The notes under the pieces: generated by a model
Seen by the model: the letters and a program-made list of their open reading frames with translations, nothing else
Told to the model about the DNA's origin: nothing
Databases searched by the model: none
Assembly: GCF_002214165.1 (NCBI RefSeq)
Contig: NZ_CP019964.1
Span: 630,001-662,000, forward strand
DNA from: Candidatus Saccharimonadota bacterium
GTDB lineage: Archaea; Micrarchaeota; Micrarchaeia; Micrarchaeales; Micrarchaeaceae
Length of the DNA: 32,000 bases
Direction: 5' to 3'
Position numbers and translations under genes: made by a program
Shown: positions 16,356-25,198 of the stretch, one piece after another
Layout: each line of letters begins with the position of its first letter
How positions within the stretch are numbered: position 1 is the first letter of the stretch

Positions 16356-17879
16356 TTGATTATTGGTGCGATAACCTTAATAGTTCCTTTATTGGCTTTG
16401 TTCATATCTTTCATGTTTGCAAAGCTTGATGGACTTAAATCGGCATTTGTTGGATTTATAGTTGAACTTGCAATGATTGTCTTGTTTTACCCATCTGCAA
16501 GGATTGTCGATGCATCAATATGGGGTACTTTTGAGACTTATTCCATATTCGGAGTTATATGGACAGGCATGATATTTGGTATCATGTACCGTGAAACCGG
16601 CCTTTTAAGGAGACTTTTGGACGTATTGCACAGTGTTATACACAGCGGCTGGGGTCTCGTAGCATCTCTCGTTGGCGTAATACAGGGCATACTTGGTGCA
16701 TTCAACGGTTTTGCAGTGTACCCAATTGCAATACCTGGCATAAAGGAACTTGGATATGAACCATGGCGTTCCGCAACAGGTTATCTTGTACTTGCATCAT
16801 GGACAATACCATTGGTCAGCCTTTGGATAGCAGGTTCACTTGCAAGTGCCGCATCCCATATCCCTGTTCCAACAATGGCACCATTTGTTGGAATGATAAC
16901 AATACCGTTGATCTTCATCGCAGTGTTTGGAGGGATGAAGATACTTAATATAAAATTTAATAGAGAAAATCTGACCGTTTCCGCCCTATATATTATAAGT
17001 GGCATAATAGGCATTGTAATATTTTCGATATTAATTCCAAGTGCATACTTGCTTACATTGATAGCTTCGGGATTTCTTACTCTGATACTATTCGTCCTGT
17101 ATTCAAAGCATTTGAAGCAAGATTCGACAGGATTGCCCAAGATTAATCTTTCAGGCACACTTAAACCATTCGGGCCGATAATAGTTGGGATAGTACTTAT
17201 ATTGCTTTGGACATATCCACTTGCAGGTTTGGTTGCAAAGGCAAATTACGTGCTCAAACTATGGACTTATGCACCGGTTTCAATTAACCTTCTTACGACA
17301 CCTGCATTCTTCATATTCGTGGTTGCATTGAGCACTTATATGTTCAAGATAAAGCCTGATGAGAATATAGATAGCAATAAGCCAGTAACAAAGCCACTTG
17401 GAGTCTGGAGTTCGTTGGTGAAGGGCAGCAGGATGTCAGGAACCGCCTTACTAACAACGCTTTTAGGCGCGTCATTTGCAGGTATGGCTATTATAAGCGG
17501 GCAGATTACTACAATAACTACATTAATGGTAAAGGCAGGAAGCTTGTTTTATCCTTTGTTGCTTAACGTTTTCGCATGGGGGACAGGGGTTGTGTTTGCA
17601 ACAGGGACGATTGCAGCATTCCTTATAAGTGCACCTCAGGTTGCGGTTGCTACTGCACTTACATTGCCTGTAGGATTATTGCTTGGGATTGTGGTAGTCA
17701 TGACTATGGGCCCAGCAGATCCTTTAAAGCCATCAGAGATAGTTTATGCGGCAACATTGGCAGGGGCGCCTTCAAAGGACCAGTCAAAGATATTCAATAC
17801 CGCTTTAGGCTGGATGGCAATAGAACTTGTAGTTACACTCATAGTAACCCTAGCTTTGGCTGTTTTAGTTATTAAGTAG
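16356..17879 (+). CDS. LctP family transporter, copy 2 (tandem paralog)
   Basis: 507-aa ORF starting at TTG, roughly 85-90% aa identity to copy 1 by eye. The codon homologous to the copy-1 ATG is ATA here. Confidence 0.75.
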   Translation: MIIGAITLIVPLLALFISFMFAKLDGLKSAFVGFIVELAMIVLFYPSARIVDASIWGTFETYSIFGVIWTGMIFGIMYRETGLLRRLLDVLHSVIHSGWGLVASLVGVIQGILGAFNGFAVYPIAIPGIKELGYEPWRSATGYLVLASWTIPLVSLWIAGSLASAASHIPVPTMAPFVGMITIPLIFIAVFGGMKILNIKFNRENLTVSALYIISGIIGIVIFSILIPSAYLLTLIASGFLTLILFVLYSKHLKQDSTGLPKINLSGTLKPFGPIIVGIVLILLWTYPLAGLVAKANYVLKLWTYAPVSINLLTTPAFFIFVVALSTYMFKIKPDENIDSNKPVTKPLGVWSSLVKGSRMSGTALLTTLLGASFAGMAIISGQITTITTLMVKAGSLFYPLLLNVFAWGTGVVFATGTIAAFLISAPQVAVATALTLPVGLLLGIVVVMTMGPADPLKPSEIVYAATLAGAPSKDQSKIFNTALGWMAIELVVTLIVTLALAVLVIK

Positions 17880-18005
17880 ATTTATTATTTGTTGTTCAAC
17901 CTGCCTGCAGCTTAATATAATGCCTTATTTTTATGGTTTAAGGTTCTTGCTTGGAAAAGTTTTAAGATATAAAAACCGAACAAAAACCTAACTCTTTCTT
18001 ATTTG

Positions 18006-18020
18006 TATTTAAATTATATT
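18006..18020 (+). promoter_or_regulatory. TATA-box-like element upstream of the ArsR-type gene
   Basis: tatttaaattatatt is centred about 34 nt upstream of ATG 18047. Confidence 0.3.
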
Positions 18021-18046
18021 TTCTCTAATTAGTTTAGGTGTTTTAA

Positions 18047-18727
18047 ATGTCCAAAACCATGGAAACAAAAGATAAAATTTTGAAAAGCCTAAAGGTAAAG
18101 AAAAGAACTATAACAGAACTTAGCGAAGAGCTAGGATTATCGAAATCTACGGTCAGCCAACATCTATATGAGTTGATTGATTCAGGATTGATAGAAGAAG
18201 AGCCAAATGACCATTTTAAGAAGCTTAAATACTTCAGATTAAGGAGCAAAGAAGGCGTCAATGAGACTGCAGGTATGCGCATAAGGCTAATAGGGGCAGC
18301 AGTATTGATAGTTGCAGTGGTGTCCATTTTTGCAATAGTGTTAAGTGGAGGATCCCAAAACAATGCCAATGATACAATTGTGAAACCTTCCCTTGCCTGC
18401 CCTATGCTCCCATACTATAGCACAGCAAATTACAGTGATGTGGGCAATATAGTGCTTAATAATGCTGAAGGAAATCAATGCTTCCTTACTTATGTCAACA
18501 CAAAATCTGATGTTATAGATGTAGGCAATGGGGTTCATTATAGCTCTTACGACGGGACACTTAGCGTTCCATCTGTCAATTATACATACAAAATGGGCCC
18601 GAAGCAGGTTCTTAATATAGAGAATGCTGCAGATGAGGGTAATTGCTGGGCGTATAAAACAATAGAGATGTTCAATATCACATATTCAGGAAATGCGACA
18701 AATTGCAAGAGTGAAATTATAAACTGA
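18047..18727 (+). CDS. membrane-anchored ArsR-family winged-HTH protein with extracytoplasmic domain
   Basis: 226-aa ORF. wHTH RTITELSEELGLSKSTVSQHLYELIDSGLI, one TM (LIGAAVLIVAVVSIFAIVL), then a ~125-aa domain with 4 Cys and several sequons. Confidence 0.7.
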   Translation: MSKTMETKDKILKSLKVKKRTITELSEELGLSKSTVSQHLYELIDSGLIEEEPNDHFKKLKYFRLRSKEGVNETAGMRIRLIGAAVLIVAVVSIFAIVLSGGSQNNANDTIVKPSLACPMLPYYSTANYSDVGNIVLNNAEGNQCFLTYVNTKSDVIDVGNGVHYSSYDGTLSVPSVNYTYKMGPKQVLNIENAADEGNCWAYKTIEMFNITYSGNATNCKSEIIN

Positions 18728-18735
18728 AACTGATG

Positions 18736-18757
18736 TTTTTGTTTTTTTTTTGTTTTT
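18736..18757 (+). terminator. oligo-T tract terminator
   Basis: tttttgttttttttttgttttt begins 9 nt after the stop at 18727. Archaeal termination typically uses oligo-T runs. Confidence 0.45.
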
Positions 18758-18895
18758 ATAATATTTTGGCTATTTTTTGTTAATCTTTTGTTTAATCTAG
18801 AAATTGTATTTGAGGTTATTGGATTTTGCTAATAGGTAGGGTCTTTACAAAAATAGCTTCTGTAGGATTTAGAAATATCTTAAGGTTCGCTAAAG

Positions 18896-18992
18896 TGCGA
18901 CCGTCGGGATTTGAACCCGAGTTTTTGGCTGTCTTTTGAACCTTCCTTTTTCAATGGAAGGCCAAAGTCCTACCAGGCTAGACTACGATCGC
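18896..18992 (-). tRNA. tRNA-Gly(UCC) with 24-nt intron at 37/38
   Basis: Hand-folded: acceptor GCGAUCG/CGGUCGC + A, D arm GUCU-AGCCUGGUA-GGAC, anticodon stem UUGGC/GCCAA with loop CU-UCC-A, T arm UCGGG-UUCAAAU-CCCGA. Intron 18931-18954 contains GGAAGG complementary to CCUUCC. Confidence 0.85.
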
Positions 18993-19221
18993 AAAATTCA
19001 GTTAAACTATCGAAACATTGCCAAGGATGTAATAATATTCTTAACTTATTCTATAAATACTTTTCGTTTTGGGCTGGTACTTATATAGTATCATAGACGT
19101 AGGTGTACAAATAAAAACCTATTAATATAAAAAGGGGTTCCCATACAAAAGTATTAATATTAGTATATTTAAATTTAATTGCTTGGAAAATATTTCAAGC
19201 GAAAAAAAGAAAGTGAATTGA

Positions 19222-19497
19222 ATGAATGACGAAGGAAATGGAAATGGCTCATATGAAGGCCATGGTGGTTTTGGAAGGAGAAATGATAGATTTTCTGGAA
19301 TGTCTTCGACACCAAAACCTGTAAAGGTAGGAGATGAAATTGACGTAAAGATAGAGGCAGTAGCATCCAAAGGTGACGGAATCGCCAAAAAGGATGGTTT
19401 TGTAATCTTTATAAAGGGTGCAAAAGAGGGAGAAGAGAAAAAGATAAGAATAACAGATGTAAAAGAAAGATTTGCAACTGGAGAAGTAATTTCCTGA
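19222..19497 (+). CDS. TRAM-domain protein (small RNA-binding/chaperone type) with Gly/Arg-rich N-terminus
   Basis: 91-aa ORF. VKVGDEIDVKIEAVASKGDGIAKKDGFVIFIKGAKEGEEKKIRITDVKERFATGEVI matches the TRAM beta-barrel pattern. Several T5 runs follow at 19519-19572. Confidence 0.75.
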   Translation: MNDEGNGNGSYEGHGGFGRRNDRFSGMSSTPKPVKVGDEIDVKIEAVASKGDGIAKKDGFVIFIKGAKEGEEKKIRITDVKERFATGEVIS

Positions 19498-19610
19498 TTA
19501 GAATCTAATTAAGTTTGTTTCAGCCTGTTTTTGTCAGGTTGGTTTGTTTTTGCAGGGTTTTTATATTTTATATAACCTGCTCTTTTTATCTGTCTGTTTA
19601 TAACTTTTTA

Positions 19611-19910
19611 TCACTTAGAATTTCTTATTTCATCGGCAGCTATTATCAAAGCGGCAGGTCCAACCCTCTCCATATTCTTGTCTTTGCTGATTTCTATCGC
19701 TTTTATTATATAATCTACAGCTTGTTCTGCTAGAAGTTCGCTCAATGCTATACCTGCTGATTTATCTACAGGTTTACGATAGGGCATGGTGCTATTCAAT
19801 ATCTTCTCGAAATCCACTTTTCTTAGTGCAGTCAATACCCTGCCCTTAATTTCATTCCTGATAGGGCTTTCTATATTCAATCCATATTCTTGCGTATCGT
19901 TCTTAACCAT
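19611..19910 (-). CDS. hypothetical small protein (possible histone-fold-like C-terminal half)
   Basis: 99-aa ORF with no competing frame. LSELLAEQAVDYIIKAIEISKDKNMERVGPAALIIAADEI loosely resembles alpha2-L2-alpha3 of a histone fold. Weak. Confidence 0.4.
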   Translation of the reverse strand: MVKNDTQEYGLNIESPIRNEIKGRVLTALRKVDFEKILNSTMPYRKPVDKSAGIALSELLAEQAVDYIIKAIEISKDKNMERVGPAALIIAADEIRNSK

Positions 19911-20086
19911 CTATCACACCATATCATAGATAATTTGCAATTTTTGTTTATTTAAGCGTTTTGCGGAACTTTCTAACAATATATTATAATTTTGGCAGTT
20001 TGCGGCAATATACCTATTAACTATTATTATACATTGAAATCTTTTACCATGCAATTAAAAGGAAAAGAGGCTGTTTGAGGAATCTT

Positions 20087-21187
20087 TCAGGATTGTCTAG
20101 ACAAATCCTGTACAATTTTATAATCATTTCCCCTCCAGCTTATTTTACTCATTGAACGTGCATACGCTAAATTGACAAGGTATATTATGTTTATGAACAA
20201 GAATATGAAAAGTGCATAAGCCTTATGCTTTGGTGCACGCATATAGGTCTTGATCTCCCCTATCGCAAAGGGGATAAGGAATATTAGGAACAAGTAACTT
20301 ACGGATATGGAAAGGATTATTGAAGAGAAAAAAAGCAACTCTTGGCCCGAATAGAGAATTACCCCGTATTTGAAATTTGATTTTGACCCAAGCATTGTCA
20401 AAGCAGTCTGCCTGTTTGACCATTCCATAAAGGAATTGAATTTGTCATCAGTATTAACGGTCAGCCCAACATCTCCTATGTATACTAATTTTCCCTTCGA
20501 TTTTGATTTTCTCGTTATGTAGATGTCATCAGATAGGGAATTGGAAAATTCGGACAGTGATTTGCTGTCCATCAATGAACTCCTAAATGCCAGTGATCCT
20601 CCCCACCCAAAAAGGGTAGTGTCGGATTCCATCATGCCGTTCCCAACAAAACTCCATACCATCTTTACTTTGGACCAAAATCCGCCCACTGGGTTGAAAT
20701 ATGGGTATGATGTTGTTGCTACAACATTACTTTCACTGAAGGGGGCAATCATTCGTTCCAGCCAATAATTTGTGAATTCCACGTCCGAATCCGCTATTGC
20801 ATACACACTGTATTCAGGATATTTTTTTATTGCAGTTGATATTGCTTTTACCTTTCCGCTTCCCTTTCCAATGTCACTATCAGATACAATTAGGTTAAGT
20901 CCAAGTTCTTTTATTATAGGGACCGAGGGATCGTTTAAATCATCCACTACACATATTACACTGTAATTTTTGTAGGTTTGGGATTTTAATGATGACAAGT
21001 TTTTCTTTAATGTTAAGTCAACACCCCTGCATGGCGATATAACTAGCACCTTTTCTTTTTGATTCCCTTTATAGATCACTTCAGGCTGTTTCTTCTTGGC
21101 ATATGGGTATATGGCGATTCCAAGCAGCCCTAAGAATACAAGAGACAAGAATGAGGTATAAGCAGTTAGCAGCCAATTTAAAGTCAT
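20087..21187 (-). CDS. membrane GT2-family glycosyltransferase (GT21/ceramide-glucosyltransferase-like architecture)
   Basis: 366-aa ORF. N-terminal TM, VLVISPCRG...VICVVDD, DxD IADSDVEF, GWGGSLAFR, C-terminal TMs. Confidence 0.75.
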   Translation of the reverse strand: MTLNWLLTAYTSFLSLVFLGLLGIAIYPYAKKKQPEVIYKGNQKEKVLVISPCRGVDLTLKKNLSSLKSQTYKNYSVICVVDDLNDPSVPIIKELGLNLIVSDSDIGKGSGKVKAISTAIKKYPEYSVYAIADSDVEFTNYWLERMIAPFSESNVVATTSYPYFNPVGGFWSKVKMVWSFVGNGMMESDTTLFGWGGSLAFRSSLMDSKSLSEFSNSLSDDIYITRKSKSKGKLVYIGDVGLTVNTDDKFNSFMEWSNRQTALTMLGSKSNFKYGVILYSGQELLFFSSIILSISVSYLFLIFLIPFAIGEIKTYMRAPKHKAYALFIFLFINIIYLVNLAYARSMSKISWRGNDYKIVQDLSRQS

Positions 21188-21191
21188 CAGT

Positions 21192-23729
21192 TCATCCCAG
21201 CGATTTTGATAAATCTATATTATTTTCTATCATTTCCATTGTCTTCTTAAAGTCTTTTTCAACATCTTGCCTTAGAGCCCCTTTTTTATTGAAAAACTTC
21301 AGTATATCCGATTTTGTCTTTGCATTGCTGACACCAGACAATTCAATGACAAAGTCACCAAGCATCAACGTGGATGGATCATATATCTCCTTGAGCCTGC
21401 CCCAGTTGTCTTTAAGCCAATCCCAATATATCTTTAGGTTACCCTTAATCAGGCCCGCCGATCTTACAAGGCGGTATGAGTCCTGCATCCTTATATTTCC
21501 AGATATTGAGTAGTTTAGCACATCTTTTACCATTTCTGGCTTCTCAAAGCTCCCCATTGCCGATACAATCAAGGGCTTCTCTGAAGAATCCGCATTTTTA
21601 TAGAGCTTTTCAAGTTCTTTGAATTCCCTTTCTCCTCCATTAATAGCGATGTTTATGTACATTGCTCCTCTTATATTGCCATCTATAGAGTCAAGTTTAT
21701 TCTCATTCATTTTGAATAATTTTAGCAATTCCGATGATGTCTTCTTATCTTTCAGCAGCACTAAATTCATCAGTGCAGAAGCCCTCAATTCTTTATTTTG
21801 CAGGGGCTCGCCTTTTTTCATATTTAATCCCACATCATTAATGGCCCTTTTTGATATTGAGGTCATTATTTTGCGCAATTCTTCAGACTTATTTTTGCCA
21901 TTTGCGGTAAGATAAATGCTGTATAGATTTGACAGGACGATTTTTGTAGAAGGATAATTGATAATTTCGATTGCCTGTTTGATTTGCTGAAGGTAATTAT
22001 CAATTGGGATGCTCCCTGACTTATATAGAAGGTAAAAATTAAGCAGCAATCCTGCCTTGCTCAGATCCGGCAAACGCTCTTTTTCTACGTAGGAAAGCGC
22101 AGATTTTGCGTATTCCTCTGGGTATTTTATTATATAAAATCCGGACTGGTTAGGATTAATTAGGAGATGCTTGAAATTGCCTTCTTTTACCCTTATGGAT
22201 TTATTTTCGAGTATAAGTTTTGATTCTTTGCCATCAATTAAGTATTTTATTGGTACCTTCCAAAGGCTTTGCTTAGCTTTTGGGGAACCTGATATCATAA
22301 AACGGCTTTGTGAAATCTCTATTGAACCTTTTGGCATTTTGACCTCAAGCAGCGGATACCCCTCCTGCTCTATCCAGTTCTTAAGTATTTTCCCTATCTC
22401 TGCCCCTTTTAGTTCAGGATCGCTTACAGAAGCTTCTTGTATTGAATCCCATAGATCTTCTTTTTTAGCATTTTTGTATTTGTATTTATTTAGATAAATG
22501 TTAAGTCCTTTGCTGAATACCTTGTCCCCAACAAAATCGTTGATCATGTTTAATAAAGCCCCTCCCTTGTTATAGCTTATGACATCGAATATTGAATCCG
22601 CCTCTCCTGACTCCTTGATCTGCGTGCTTATCGGATGAGTGTTCTTAAGCGCATCGCTGAGCAATGCACTGATGGTGCTGTCATAATAATCGTTTTCAAT
22701 TTTCCAGGATGGGTATATATTCTCCAGTGCCTTGTAGCTCATAAACGTGGCAAAGCTTTCGTTTAGCCATAAATCGTCCCACCATTTCATAGTGACAAGG
22801 TCCCCAAACCATTGGTGGGCAAGTTCGTGGGCTACTGTGTCTGCTACATTATGCTTTGTAGATTCCGGTGTGGTTTTCTCATTGGCAAGCAAGCTTGCTT
22901 CTCTGAATGTTATAGCTCCCCAGTTTTCCATTGCACCTGCCGCAAAGTCCGGTACTGCTATAAGATCAACTTTCTTTAGGGGATATTTAAACCCGAAATA
23001 TTTTTCATAGAAGCTTATTGATTTCCTTGCGCAATCGAGTGCAAATTTGCCATCTTTTGATTTTCCTTTTGTGGTTACAACCCGGAACTTTAGCCTTCCC
23101 GAATTTCCTTTCAGATATTCAAATTTGCCAACACCTAGGAAAACTAAATAGGTAGACATCTTAGGAGTAGTCTCAAAACTGACGATCTTCCTCTTCTTGG
23201 ACTTTATGTGCTTTATTGACTTTACTGGCATATTTGATATTGCATCATACCCTTCATCAACTTCCAGTGATATATCGAATCTCGATTTGAATATTGGCGC
23301 GTCAAAGCAGGGAAAAGCTGATCTTGCACTATTAGGCTCAAACTGTGAGGAAAGCATATATTCTTGTTTTCCATTAATGGAATATGAGCTCCGATAAAAT
23401 CCATACATCTTATCGTTGTTTAATCCCTCAAAATTTATCAGCAAGTCGCATTTGCCGGAAAATTTTTGATTAAACTTCAATTTTGCTATCTTAGAGTTTT
23501 CATTGTATAGGATTTTTGACGCTTTGACCTTTTTGCTGCCTGAGACTATCCAAGATGATTTTATCTTGATTTGGTAAGAATGTATAGATATTTCATCGGT
23601 GAGGGATTTTATTTCTATACTTATCTTTTCATTTCCTTCATATGCAAATTTATTAAAATCCGTTGACAAGCTTATTTTATATTTAATTGGCAATATATCT
23701 TTGCTTAATCCGTCATAGATAAATTCCAT
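21192..23729 (-). CDS. M1-family zinc aminopeptidase (tricorn-interacting factor F2/F3-like)
   Basis: 845-aa ORF. GAMENWG exopeptidase motif and HELAHQWFGDLVTMKWWDDLWLNESFA (HExxH-x18-E). Confidence 0.9.
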   Translation of the reverse strand: MEFIYDGLSKDILPIKYKISLSTDFNKFAYEGNEKISIEIKSLTDEISIHSYQIKIKSSWIVSGSKKVKASKILYNENSKIAKLKFNQKFSGKCDLLINFEGLNNDKMYGFYRSSYSINGKQEYMLSSQFEPNSARSAFPCFDAPIFKSRFDISLEVDEGYDAISNMPVKSIKHIKSKKRKIVSFETTPKMSTYLVFLGVGKFEYLKGNSGRLKFRVVTTKGKSKDGKFALDCARKSISFYEKYFGFKYPLKKVDLIAVPDFAAGAMENWGAITFREASLLANEKTTPESTKHNVADTVAHELAHQWFGDLVTMKWWDDLWLNESFATFMSYKALENIYPSWKIENDYYDSTISALLSDALKNTHPISTQIKESGEADSIFDVISYNKGGALLNMINDFVGDKVFSKGLNIYLNKYKYKNAKKEDLWDSIQEASVSDPELKGAEIGKILKNWIEQEGYPLLEVKMPKGSIEISQSRFMISGSPKAKQSLWKVPIKYLIDGKESKLILENKSIRVKEGNFKHLLINPNQSGFYIIKYPEEYAKSALSYVEKERLPDLSKAGLLLNFYLLYKSGSIPIDNYLQQIKQAIEIINYPSTKIVLSNLYSIYLTANGKNKSEELRKIMTSISKRAINDVGLNMKKGEPLQNKELRASALMNLVLLKDKKTSSELLKLFKMNENKLDSIDGNIRGAMYINIAINGGEREFKELEKLYKNADSSEKPLIVSAMGSFEKPEMVKDVLNYSISGNIRMQDSYRLVRSAGLIKGNLKIYWDWLKDNWGRLKEIYDPSTLMLGDFVIELSGVSNAKTKSDILKFFNKKGALRQDVEKDFKKTMEMIENNIDLSKSLG

Positions 23730-23887
23730 TAAAAAACACCTTAGTACTATTTAATCTTACGGCAAATAATTAAGCACTTGCGGGAATTATTTTGTATTTA
23801 TATACCTTTTCAACAAATTTATATCGTATCAGGGCATTTTTCACCAAAAATCATCTTGGGGCATTCCATAATTTAAAAGGCAAGGGC

Positions 23888-25189
23888 ATGGCTGGCAATA
23901 GCAATTATAAATCTAACATTTTTAAGAGCAAAAGCTCTAGCAATAAAGCAAAGATATTTGCAGGTGCCTCTGTAGGCCATTTCGCAAATGATGGAACACT
24001 TCTTGTATTCACGATGCTCATGGTTTATTATATCAAAATACCTCATGTCAGCGTTGCTGTTCTAGGATCCATAGCGGTTGCTTACCAGCTGCTTTCTGGA
24101 TATCTAAGTACAAGAGTAGGCAAATATGCGGATGCTAAAGGAGATTACAATAAGCTTATTTCCGTTGGCATATTGATTGAGGGGCTTGGGATCTTCCTGT
24201 TTGGCATTTCATTTATATTCGGTTATCTGCTCTATGTATATGCATTTGCCTTGTTGGCTGCATTGGTTCTGGGATTTGGGCAGGCATTTTACCATCCCCT
24301 TGGCGGTGCACTTTTATCCAACACATTTGGAAAAAGCTCGCCTAAATATATGGGTGCTAATGGAGCCTTCGGCAGCTTAGGTAGATCAATACTGCCTTCA
24401 TTAATAGCTTTTTCAATATTATTGTTTGGGAATACTGTGGGGCTTATTTCCATATCCGCATTTTACCTATTGCTTTCCATTATCATATTCGTATTGCTTG
24501 CTAATAAACGCAATAATAATGGTTCCAGTAGTATGAATAAAGTAAGGCTTTTGGACAGGTCTTCAAGTACTGATGACATCACCGTATCTCAAAAAGCCAT
24601 GGCAAGCCACAAGCCTTTCAGCTTCTATAAAAAATCTGTTTATAAGCTGACATTGGTAACGATTTTGAGATCTGCTTCAATCATGGCAACCCTGACTTTT
24701 ATTGGAGTTTATATAAAAATCATAGGAAAGCTGACCCCAACGGAAGTTGGAATCTTCCTCACCGTGACTTTCTTTTTTGCCGTCATAGGACAATATGTAT
24801 TTGGTGTAATAGTTACTAAAAAAGGAAACCGCAAAACGGTGGTTTATACCACGCTTATATCGGTTATTGCTTTCGGCTTTTTCCTGCTTCTTAGAGGCCC
24901 AGTTTATTCTTATATATTTTACTCTGTCTTCACCTTTGCTGCCCTGACTTCCTTCCCTGTATTTATGAGTTATTCTGCAAATATAGTTGAGAAAGAATAC
25001 AACGGATATTCAAATTCTGTTGTTTGGGGTATAGGAACTATAGTTGGAGGGGCTTTAGGTGTAGGATTAATAACAATATTGTTATATTTTGGGTTTAGTA
25101 TATTTATTGGGATGGTTGTTGCTGAGATAATTGGAATAATTTCGATAATCTCATTGCCAATACTGCCCAAAACGTTGAATATAAATTGA
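23888..25189 (+). CDS. MFS transporter
   Basis: ORF track 23792..25189 starts at a TTG that lies inside a TATA-like tatttatata; first ATG at 23888 (MAGNSNYK...). About 12 hydrophobic segments with a central hydrophilic loop. Start uncertain. Confidence 0.7.
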   Translation: MAGNSNYKSNIFKSKSSSNKAKIFAGASVGHFANDGTLLVFTMLMVYYIKIPHVSVAVLGSIAVAYQLLSGYLSTRVGKYADAKGDYNKLISVGILIEGLGIFLFGISFIFGYLLYVYAFALLAALVLGFGQAFYHPLGGALLSNTFGKSSPKYMGANGAFGSLGRSILPSLIAFSILLFGNTVGLISISAFYLLLSIIIFVLLANKRNNNGSSSMNKVRLLDRSSSTDDITVSQKAMASHKPFSFYKKSVYKLTLVTILRSASIMATLTFIGVYIKIIGKLTPTEVGIFLTVTFFFAVIGQYVFGVIVTKKGNRKTVVYTTLISVIAFGFFLLLRGPVYSYIFYSVFTFAALTSFPVFMSYSANIVEKEYNGYSNSVVWGIGTIVGGALGVGLITILLYFGFSIFIGMVVAEIIGIISIISLPILPKTLNIN

Positions 25190-25198
25190 AGTGAATTT

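Larger units (their letters stand above)
14653..17879 (+). repeat. tandem direct duplication of the permease gene (period 1683 bp, 1674 bp after a 9-nt indel)
   Basis: Nucleotide blocks are identical between copies (14808-14971 = 16491-16654; about 15034-15266 = 16717-16949). The off-frame ORFs 15080..15265 and 16763..16948 translate identically. Confidence 0.9.

Noticed and set aside
14855-16948. Pairs of identical small ORFs (14855..15058 = 16538..16741; 15080..15265 = 16763..16948)
   Set aside because: Their identity simply reflects the identical nucleotide blocks of the duplicated permease genes in non-coding frames. They are not independent conserved genes.
12871-18992. Genomic island bounded by the two tRNA genes (UbiD, permeases, regulator)
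   Set aside because: There is no integrase and no direct repeat of either tRNA 3' end that I could find by eye. Composition does not look different from the flanks. The idea is attractive but unsupported.
18911-19096. 61-aa plus-strand ORF
   Set aside because: It overlaps the tRNA-Gly(UCC) gene on the opposite strand and is an artefact of the tRNA sequence.
19122-19388. Minus-strand ORFs 19122..19388 and 19175..19366
   Set aside because: They lie antisense to the TRAM-domain gene and its promoter, are low-complexity, and the TRAM frame has a clear domain match.
19515-19733. 72-aa plus-strand ORF
   Set aside because: It starts in the T-rich terminator region after the TRAM gene and runs antisense into the 19611..19910 gene. 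The Phe/Tyr/Ile-rich translation is typical of AT-rich noise.
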